Assembly (NCBI GenBank): GCA_964554555.1
Contig: CAZKPI010000001.1
Location: 4,178 to 38,350, forward strand
Length of the DNA stretch: 34,173 nt
Source of the DNA: an uncultured bacterium
Lineage (GTDB): Bacteria > Muiribacteriota > Ozemobacteria > Ozemobacterales > Ozemobacteraceae
Reading direction: 5' to 3'
Numbering within the stretch: position 1 is the stretch's first letter; each line of letters starts with the position of its first letter. The notes below the pieces were generated by a model. It saw nothing but the letters and a program-made list of their open reading frames with translations. It was not told where the DNA came from and searched no databases. Below, piece after piece: positions 25,786 to 32,734 of the stretch. The translations under genes were made by a program, and so were the position numbers.

Positions 25786-26133
25786 CTAAGTGCCAATCCG
25801 GGCGAGGGCTTCCGTTCGGTCGGCGGCGACGGAGGCATACAAAGCCAGTCCCACCGCCTGGAAGCAGGTGTTGACCGTCTCGCTCAGACCGCAGAAGCAG
25901 ATTTCCAGGGAAGGGTTGGTCAGGGTCTTGGACACGAGATCCACCAGGTCGCCCATCGCCCCGGAACTGACCAGGGGTGCATCGGCCAGATCAAAGACCA
26001 AGCCACGAACACCCTTGGCAAGCAGGTCTTCCACCTTCCCACGCAGGCCCCGGCTGGCTTCCTGATCGAGATAGCCATGGAAGACGATGATGGCGATCGA
26101 ACCATGCTCGAGGAAATCGGCCGTAAAGGCCAT
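25786..26133 (-). CDS. STAS-domain protein, second copy, 115 aa
   Basis: ATG 26133 is preceded by GGAGACGGAAGC. The sequence is MAFTADFLEHGSIAIIVFHGYLDQEASRGLRGKVEDLLAKGVRGLVFDLADAPLVSSGAMGDLVDLV, with the SSG motif conserved. It is the same length as 22730-23077 and clearly similar to it by eye. Confidence 0.85.
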   Translation of the reverse strand: MAFTADFLEHGSIAIIVFHGYLDQEASRGLRGKVEDLLAKGVRGLVFDLADAPLVSSGAMGDLVDLVSKTLTNPSLEICFCGLSETVNTCFQAVGLALYASVAADRTEALARIGT

Positions 26134-26233
26134 GCTTCCGTCTCCACCCAAGCCTGAAATCCGAGGGACCAAACGGATCCCTCGCCCATCAGGCTAATGG
26201 ATTTGCACCGGGATGGCAAGCCTGGCCTGCGGG

Positions 26234-28522
26234 TCAATACTCCCACAAAACCGCTGTCGACACGGGCACCCCCTGGAGGCGACGACCTGAATCGCGGACC
26301 ATCAAGACGATCGACTGTCCCTCCCGGACCTTGGCTGACAGGGGAATCATGACGGGAAAGGTCTCCCCTTCGGGGGTCCGGAAGAACCAGATGCGGGATT
26401 TGGCATCGTAGCTTACCAGCGTTCCCCGACGCTTGGCATCGCCGAATGGGGTACCCGCCACTTGGGGCAGGGACGGGGCAGGGACCGCACCACGGGTGTC
26501 CCGGGAACGAAGACCGCCCGGGGCCCATCCTCGCAGGCCCAACCACACGCCGATGCCTCCCAGGATCACGATCAGACCGATGGCCAGAACGCGCCCTCCC
26601 CCGAACAGGTCGAACCACCCTTCCCTCTGCTCAGGCCCCAGGTGAACCGAGCGGATTTCCTCCAGAAGATCGGTCACCTGGGCGGGAGACAACAGGCGGG
26701 TGACGCGGGCCAGGAAACCGTCACCGGAAGCGCCAATGACCGCCAGATTGGCCTCAACCCGCCCGGCCAGGGTTTCAAAATGGGGCCGCAGCCGGGAAGA
26801 CGCTCGCCGCGCCTGCCGGCGAAGGCGCATCACCGTCTCCCGATCCGGGTTCAACAGCAGGATGTTCCCGAAATTGGCGATCAATTCAGAATGGGTGGCA
26901 CCCTCCAGGACCTGCCAGACCAGGGGAGCCGCTTGGGAAAAGGGCATCTGGGCCAATCCAATGAGAGCCGCCCGGCGGGTGGTCCGGTCGCCGCACCCGC
27001 TGATCCAGATCCCGATCCGGCGGAGAAACCCGGCCGGATCCCCTTTCCGGAACTGGCGGATGGCCTGATTCATGACGAGAGGATCGGCATGCAGGCTCAA
27101 CACGGGAAGGTGGGGCAACAGGAGCCGGGGGGCCCAGGTCCCCAGCAACTCGATGGCGATGGAAACCACTCTGGGTTGCTCATCCTGTAGCCGGTCCACC
27201 AGCCAGGAAACAACCCCGGCGGGGGGCTGGGTCCCTTGAGGGAAGCGGCGGAAGAGGGCGAGGAGGTCCGCGGGAGTGGGAGAGGCCGGCAACGAGAGGG
27301 GGGTTCCATCGGGAGAAGGGGAGAGACCGCACTGCCCCTCGCCGCCGGGGCCGCCCTCAGAACCTGCGACGCGAGGGCCCCCAGCCGTGGACTCCATCCC
27401 CCCGCGAGAACAGACTCCGCCCTCAGACGGGTCAGATCCGGGTAGCGGAACCGGTGTTGCCGTCGAAGGGTCGGAGAGGTCCGTCAAGACTTCGGCCACG
27501 ATATCGACCGTCAAAAGACCGGTCAACCGCTGCCGGGCGGTCTCCAGAGCCCGGCCAAGCACCATCCCGGGAGTGCCGACCTCCCGTCGCACCATCACGA
27601 TCGACTCCGCCAGGGTCTTGAGCAAGGGCCAGAGCGTGGGGATCTCCCCTCCGCGACGGCAGTAGAGTTCCGCCAATCCGGCCAGGAGAGAGGGCTCGGG
27701 GTTGTTCCGAACCAGCTCGAGAACGATCGGGGCCCCGGAGGGAGGAATCCGGCCTTCCTCCAGGGCCGACAGCAAAGGGCCTTGCATGTGGGAGAGGGGA
27801 AAGGTCCCGAGCAAACCGACCGCCATGAGGCGGACCGCCTCTTCCGGCGAGGCCAGGAGCTCCCCCACCAGCCGGACCGCTTCTTCCGGAAACAACCGGT
27901 AAATCGTCCGGACCGTCAACACCCGGACCGGTTGGGAAGGATGCCGCAACAGCGCGGGAAGCTGTGGAACAACCAGCTCCGCATCGCCTTCCAGAAGGAT
28001 GGGAAGAAGCCTCAGGAGAGGCAGAGCGGTGGTTGCCCGGACGATCTTTTGCACCCGGGAATGGTGTTCCGCGGCCGGCCGATGCTGGCGTGAATAGGCC
28101 AGCAGTTGGGCAAGGACGGCGGGACGATGGTCCAGGGCCAACGACTGGTCAATGATGTCCCCCACTTCCCCACTCGGCAGGGTCGCGAGGAACCCGGCGA
28201 CCGACCCCGGCCCCAGGCGGGGAAGTTCCTGTAGCCATTGCCGCCGGCGGGTCTCCGCCCCGGCGCCCCATCCAGGACCGCCGAGGGTTCCCAGATCCGC
28301 GGGGAGGTGGTCGTCCACCTCCCCGCCCAGGAAATGGGCCAGCATCTCCCGACACTCGGGATCTTCCTCCCGGGTCAGGCGGTCACGAAACAGGGCGGCG
28401 GCCTGACCGGGAGGCAGGCAGGCTTGGATCGAGAGCATCGCCCCCATCCGCACCAGGGGGGCCGAGGCCTCCAGGTTTCGCTGAAGAGCCGTCTGTACAT
28501 CGAAACCGGAACGCGGCAACAT
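26234..28522 (-). CDS. Large HEAT/ARM-like repeat protein with a C-proximal TM helix and small external domain, second copy (762 aa)
   Basis: LLRHPSQPVRVLTVRTIYRLFPEEAVRLVGELLASPEEAVRLMAVGLLGTFP and IVLELVRNNPEPSLL match IVLDLVRNNPDPEFL in the paralogue. The TM helix is VLAIGLIVILGGIGVWLGL. The C-terminal domain is GTLVSYDAKSRIWFFRTPEGETFPVMIP. Confidence 0.8.
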   Translation of the reverse strand: MLPRSGFDVQTALQRNLEASAPLVRMGAMLSIQACLPPGQAAALFRDRLTREEDPECREMLAHFLGGEVDDHLPADLGTLGGPGWGAGAETRRRQWLQELPRLGPGSVAGFLATLPSGEVGDIIDQSLALDHRPAVLAQLLAYSRQHRPAAEHHSRVQKIVRATTALPLLRLLPILLEGDAELVVPQLPALLRHPSQPVRVLTVRTIYRLFPEEAVRLVGELLASPEEAVRLMAVGLLGTFPLSHMQGPLLSALEEGRIPPSGAPIVLELVRNNPEPSLLAGLAELYCRRGGEIPTLWPLLKTLAESIVMVRREVGTPGMVLGRALETARQRLTGLLTVDIVAEVLTDLSDPSTATPVPLPGSDPSEGGVCSRGGMESTAGGPRVAGSEGGPGGEGQCGLSPSPDGTPLSLPASPTPADLLALFRRFPQGTQPPAGVVSWLVDRLQDEQPRVVSIAIELLGTWAPRLLLPHLPVLSLHADPLVMNQAIRQFRKGDPAGFLRRIGIWISGCGDRTTRRAALIGLAQMPFSQAAPLVWQVLEGATHSELIANFGNILLLNPDRETVMRLRRQARRASSRLRPHFETLAGRVEANLAVIGASGDGFLARVTRLLSPAQVTDLLEEIRSVHLGPEQREGWFDLFGGGRVLAIGLIVILGGIGVWLGLRGWAPGGLRSRDTRGAVPAPSLPQVAGTPFGDAKRRGTLVSYDAKSRIWFFRTPEGETFPVMIPLSAKVREGQSIVLMVRDSGRRLQGVPVSTAVLWEY

Positions 28523-28534
28523 GAGGTTCAGAAA

Positions 28535-28572
28535 TCCGCCCCCTCCCTGGCGGACTCGAGGGAGGGGGCGGA
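28535..28572 (-). terminator. Strong intrinsic-terminator-like hairpin on the minus strand (14-bp perfect GC-rich stem followed by TTTCT)
   Basis: TCCGCCCCCTCCCT (28535-28548) pairs perfectly with AGGGAGGGGGCGGA (28559-28572), with a 10-nt loop. On the minus-strand transcript it starts 17 nt after the stop at 28590 and is followed by UUUCU. It ends only 12 nt before the ATG at 28522. Confidence 0.55.
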
Positions 28573-28589
28573 CGGCAAGCGATATCTCC

Positions 28590-30104
28590 TCACCGGGTGG
28601 AAACCCGCTCCGGCGGCACGGTAATGGTCCCGAACGGGGTGTTGCGGATGGTCACTCCGGCCTTGTTATCCGTGACCTGGGGAGTCCCCAGGTCCACTCC
28701 ATTATAGAACCAGTGGCCGGTTCGTCGGTCCTTGACCAGGTTTCCATTTTGGGAAGCCGATTGCGCCGCGCTCGGCGCGGGTGTCGATGTGGTCGGAGCC
28801 GGAGTCGGAGCCGGGGAGGGGGCCTCGGTGACCTTGGCCGGCGTGGTGTTGGAACCTTGCTGGCGAAGGGCGGCCACCAATCGTTCGATGGTTCCCGGGG
28901 GGAGATCCCGCTGGGGGAGGGTGACGCTTTCCCCCTTGAGAAGCTTGGCTTTTTGCTCTGGGGTCAGGCGGTCGATCAGATCCTGGATGTCCGCGTCGGA
29001 GGTGGTGATCGTCGCCTCGGTCGGCCCTGGACTCTCCGTGGAGGCCGGCGGGACGGTGGCCGCTGGTTCTTCCTGGTCTTCGGAGGGGGTGGAAACGGGC
29101 GCTTCGGTGGGAACTTGAGCGGTGGAGGGGGCCTGGGCGGTCGAAGGAACGGTGGATGGCTCCGGCGTCTCGACGCCCGCCTTGATAGCGTCTTCGTTCG
29201 GATCGATGCGGGCACCGTGATCTTCGTCGAACCCGTATTTGTTCGTATCCCCGCGCCGGTTGGTGGCCTCGACGTGCACCTTCTTCGACTCCTGGTCATG
29301 CGTCACCTTGGTGATCACGTAGCCACCGTCGAGCACGTCGCCCTCTTTCAGGTCCGTGGCTTTTCGGGTGGTGACGACGCCCTTGCCTCCCATCCCGCTG
29401 AGGATGTTGGTATTGGCGGCATTGGCGGCAGGGGCGACCACCACCGCTCCACCTGTTTCCCCCGAAGTGGTGCTGGGCTCTGGCGGATTGTACACCGTCG
29501 CCAGGATGGTATCGACCTTGGACTTGACATCCGTAGCGGTTCCCGGGGAGATCTCTTCGATCTTGTCGAGGATGTTCGGAGTGTCCTTGAAAAAGTCATT
29601 GGGAAGGAAGGTCCATTCACCCGGATTGTTCGCAAAGCTGGTAAACATCCTGGGGAGCTGGTTGTCCCAGAATTTGATCTCCTCCTCCAGGCTCTTCTTG
29701 GAGTCGATCCGGTTGAAAGTGACTCCTCCCGTGTGATCCCGCCAGGCCAGGAATCCCCGGGAAAAGTCGAGAGGGTTTCCTCGCATCGAGTCTTTCACCT
29801 TCCGAACCGCTTCTTTTTTCGCAGGATCTTTCCAGTCGTAATCCATCAACTGCAAGAGTGTGGCCAGATATACATACCGGCGGTACATCTCCTTCAGGTT
29901 GTTGGCATTTTCCCCCCGCTTTCCAAACAGGTCGTCAGAAGCGTTGTCCAGGGTCCGAAGGGTTTCCGAAAATCCAGTCTGGTGTTTGGCGATGGCGGCA
30001 TCCCCGAAGTTCTCGGCGGCCCACCCTTGGGAGACCGGCAGAAGAACCAAGGGCAATCCGATCAGAACGGTGACCACAACGAGGCTTCGAATAGTGATTC
30101 TCAT
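28590..30104 (-). CDS. Secreted hypothetical protein with T/P/S/A-rich linkers (504 aa from ATG 30104)
   Basis: AGGAGG lies 7 nt upstream of ATG 30104. The signal peptide is MRITIRSLVVVTVLIGLPLVLLPVSQGWA|AE. The N-terminal region is helical. The linkers are ETPEPSTVPSTAQAPSTAQVPTEAPVSTPSEDQEEPAATVPPASTESPGPTE and TEAPSPAPTPAPTTSTPAPSAAQ. I recognise no domain. Confidence 0.75.
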   Translation of the reverse strand: MRITIRSLVVVTVLIGLPLVLLPVSQGWAAENFGDAAIAKHQTGFSETLRTLDNASDDLFGKRGENANNLKEMYRRYVYLATLLQLMDYDWKDPAKKEAVRKVKDSMRGNPLDFSRGFLAWRDHTGGVTFNRIDSKKSLEEEIKFWDNQLPRMFTSFANNPGEWTFLPNDFFKDTPNILDKIEEISPGTATDVKSKVDTILATVYNPPEPSTTSGETGGAVVVAPAANAANTNILSGMGGKGVVTTRKATDLKEGDVLDGGYVITKVTHDQESKKVHVEATNRRGDTNKYGFDEDHGARIDPNEDAIKAGVETPEPSTVPSTAQAPSTAQVPTEAPVSTPSEDQEEPAATVPPASTESPGPTEATITTSDADIQDLIDRLTPEQKAKLLKGESVTLPQRDLPPGTIERLVAALRQQGSNTTPAKVTEAPSPAPTPAPTTSTPAPSAAQSASQNGNLVKDRRTGHWFYNGVDLGTPQVTDNKAGVTIRNTPFGTITVPPERVSTR

Positions 30105-30136
30105 ACAATTCCTCCTGAGACTTCGGAATTTCTGGT

Positions 30137-30832
30137 TCAACGGGAAGGCGGAACGAACGGCAGGTCCACCGGTTGCCACCGGACGGAGGACCGGGAGGAC
30201 GTGGGAAGGACCACCGACAAGGGAAAGGTCGCGGCGGGAACGGTGGGATCATCCGACCCCACAACCAGCGATATGTGGAGAAACTCCTGCCGGCAAGGCG
30301 CGGCCTGGGGGTGAACTCTTTGATCGCGAAAGAAAGGGAAGACCCGAAACATCTTGATGCGGTCACCTCCGAACTCCAACGGAGATTCGGTCACTCCATC
30401 GATCACCGCCTCCCGGATCACCCGCAGCCTCTCACCCTGGCGCCGCAGGGAATAGGTGACCGTGGCGGCTTCCCCGTGAAAACAGACCGATTCGGCAACC
30501 GATCCCGCATCGACTTCCCCGGGACGAAACACTCCGATCTCGCCTGGGGCAACCGCCTCCTGGCCGGCCCCCACGGTCACCGCCTGGCTCCGCAGGAGAT
30601 CCTGGTGGAGGGACCGCCAAAGACGTGCCGCGGCGGCAATCGCATCGAGCCGATCGACTCCATGGGCGGAACTGCGAACCAGACTGGAATACAATTTCTG
30701 GACCCCCATCAACAGCAAGGCGGCCAAGACCAGACTGACCAGGACTTCCACCAGCGTAAACCCACGGGAAAACCCCCGGAAGACGGAAAGGCAGGATCCG
30801 GCTCCACTCGGTTGCCTCACACCCCCGGTCAT
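30137..30832 (-). CDS. Pseudopilin (prepilin-type signal), GspJ-size class, cassette 3 (231 aa)
   Basis: GFSRG|FTLVEVLVSLVLAALLLMGVQKLY has E at +5. AHGVDRLDAIAAAARLWRSLHQDLLRS aligns with the 217- and 221-aa paralogues. The start overlaps the upstream stop (TAATG at 30832). Confidence 0.85.
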   Translation of the reverse strand: MTGGVRQPSGAGSCLSVFRGFSRGFTLVEVLVSLVLAALLLMGVQKLYSSLVRSSAHGVDRLDAIAAAARLWRSLHQDLLRSQAVTVGAGQEAVAPGEIGVFRPGEVDAGSVAESVCFHGEAATVTYSLRRQGERLRVIREAVIDGVTESPLEFGGDRIKMFRVFPFFRDQRVHPQAAPCRQEFLHISLVVGSDDPTVPAATFPLSVVLPTSSRSSVRWQPVDLPFVPPSR

Positions 30833-32040
30833 TACTGGAATCCCTCGAGCAAGGAGGCAGGTGAACTGCCAACCGTCGCTGGCCGCCCGGGAAGGATACG
30901 GGTCGGAGGATCCTCGGAGGGGGCTGATCCGGCAGATTCGGCCGGTTGAACGTTGTCAGAGGGTTCTGTCCACAAGGTGTCGAGAGGGTTGCCCATCCCG
31001 GGATCGACAGACGGTTCGGAAGGTTCGGCAGAACCAGGCTCTTCTGGCTCCCCGCCAGCAGAAGCGCTGGCTGTTTTCACGAGACGGCCAGGCTCCGGCG
31101 AGGTCTTGACCGCGGCCGTTGCCCCATCGACCCCGATGGCGTCCAAGGAGGCGGAAGGCGGAGTGGCAAGAGCGGCGGCCGGGGGACGGGGGACGGCAGG
31201 CCGGCGCCCAAGAGTGCCGGAAAGGCCGATGAGAAGGTGCTCGCCGGCGGCGACCTGGCGTTCCTCACCACGGGCGAGGGTCAGGACCCGGACCCGGCCC
31301 TCGAAGACTTCGACCAGGGTTCCCGTGGCTGGGGAAACCCCCACCTGGAAAACCGTGCCCATCGCGGCAATGGCTGTCTGCGGGGTTTCCAGCCGAAACG
31401 CGGTCCCGGGGCGGGTGATCCGGACCAGCATGGTTCCCGCGAGAAGATGGACGGCATCAGCGGCAAGCCGGAAGGTACCTTCCCACGCTTCGAGGACCAC
31501 CGCTTCCCCCAAGGCGAGCCGGGCATGCCCAGCCTGGAGGGTTCCCAGTCCGGCGGGAATGACCGCCATCCGGCCGAGATCTGCCCCGCCTGCGCTCACC
31601 GCCCCATCCAGGAGGCGAGCCACAATGGGAGGGGAGGAGGGAGACACCGGAGGGGCCACCGGGAGGGTGGGAGTGGCCGGCTCCGATGCAGGTTGGACCG
31701 TTTTGGAGGCCACCCCTGAGGACGGAAGTGACCGGAAGGGTCCCAGGGCCAGCCCAAGGCCCAGCATGGCGAGAACGGCCCCCCCAATCAGGATTGGCGC
31801 CCAGGGAACCCATGGAATGGGCGAGGCCGGAGAAGGAGCCGGGGTGGTGTTGGTGGGCAGGGAAACCGGAGGAACCGGGGGCAAGAGGTCGAGGGTGACC
31901 TCCACCCAGGTTCCCAGTTGGCCTTCGAGCCGGGCCACCTGCTCGAGACAGTCCCGGCATTCCGGGCATTCCCGGGCGTGTTGCCGGTCTTCCGGGGTGG
32001 GCCGGAGAGGGCGGTCCTGGGTGAGGAGCCGTTCTCTCAT
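30832..32040 (-). CDS. Anti-sigma-factor-like membrane protein: N-terminal zf-HC2 motif, one TM helix, periplasmic FecR-like domain (402 aa from ATG 32040)
   Basis: MRERLLTQDRPLRPTPEDRQHARECPECRDCLEQ contains H-x3-C-x2-C. The TM helix is WAPILIGGAVLAMLGLGLALG. The FecR-like block is FRLETPQTAIAAMGTVFQVGVSPATGTLVEVFEGRVRVL. The C-terminal tail is acidic and P/S-rich. The track ORF extends to 32190, so the start is uncertain (no clear SD at 32040). Confidence 0.7.
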   Translation of the reverse strand: MRERLLTQDRPLRPTPEDRQHARECPECRDCLEQVARLEGQLGTWVEVTLDLLPPVPPVSLPTNTTPAPSPASPIPWVPWAPILIGGAVLAMLGLGLALGPFRSLPSSGVASKTVQPASEPATPTLPVAPPVSPSSPPIVARLLDGAVSAGGADLGRMAVIPAGLGTLQAGHARLALGEAVVLEAWEGTFRLAADAVHLLAGTMLVRITRPGTAFRLETPQTAIAAMGTVFQVGVSPATGTLVEVFEGRVRVLTLARGEERQVAAGEHLLIGLSGTLGRRPAVPRPPAAALATPPSASLDAIGVDGATAAVKTSPEPGRLVKTASASAGGEPEEPGSAEPSEPSVDPGMGNPLDTLWTEPSDNVQPAESAGSAPSEDPPTRILPGRPATVGSSPASLLEGFQ

Positions 32041-32206
32041 CTGACCAACTCTGGGACAACTCACTCCTGCTTCCTGCCTTCCTGAAGGGACTCCGTAAAC
32101 TTTGGAGGCCAGCCCTCGCGGTTGGGTTCCAATTGCATGCCATAGGATTCTACCTGAACCGTGCCCAAAAGGTTGGGAGGAACCCTCCAAGAATTTTCCA
32201 TCGGGC

Positions 32207-32734
32207 TTAGCCCTCCCTGATCAGCATCCGGAATATCGCCCGGTGCTCGACCGGGTCCTGGGGGCTCAGCCGCCAACCGATGATCACCCGAACCCCCCAG
32301 ATGGTTCCCCCCTTGAGAACTTGCAGTCCCGAATCGTCAAGCTGAGCCCCGACCTCGATCCGGCGGGTGGTGAAGTGAGGGTCGAGGGGGGAGACGAACA
32401 AGGCCAGATCGGTTCCCGGAAGCCTGATTCCTTTGAGTTCGGGAGCCGTGGACACCCATTGGAGGTCAGCGCTCACCGCCTCATCCTCGAGCAGGAGTTT
32501 CAAAGTCCTCCCCGATGCAGCCAGGGCAGGAAGAAATGGACTCAGACGGCGCACCTGCGAGAGGATTTCCCACCCATATTGCCCGGCCATGACTTCGTAT
32601 CCTGAAGCTTTGCCCACCCTTTGAGAACCGGTCATCAGGTGGGCAAGAGGCAACAGAAGGAATGAAAGGATGATGATTCCCATCAGAATCTCGATCAGAC
32701 TCAACCCGATCCGGAAGCGAGCCCTCCCCATCAC
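32207..32734 (-). CDS. Pseudopilin (prepilin-type signal), GspI-size class, cassette 3 (about 174 aa)
   Basis: RFRIG|LSLIEILMGIIILSFLLLPLAHLM has E at +5. Position 32734 is a GTG and ATG 32731 follows immediately; either one overlaps the stop of the upstream large gene. It is a paralogue of the 193- and 194-aa pseudopilins. Confidence 0.8.
   Translation of the reverse strand: MMGRARFRIGLSLIEILMGIIILSFLLLPLAHLMTGSQRVGKASGYEVMAGQYGWEILSQVRRLSPFLPALAASGRTLKLLLEDEAVSADLQWVSTAPELKGIRLPGTDLALFVSPLDPHFTTRRIEVGAQLDDSGLQVLKGGTIWGVRVIIGWRLSPQDPVEHRAIFRMLIREG

Noticed and set aside
28521-30314. 597-aa plus-strand ORF antisense to the 504-aa secreted-protein gene (likewise 30173-30949 and 30953-32044)
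   Set aside because: These are G/R-rich shadow frames. The minus-strand genes have strong SD sequences, signal peptides or prepilin motifs, and overlapping stop/start coupling.
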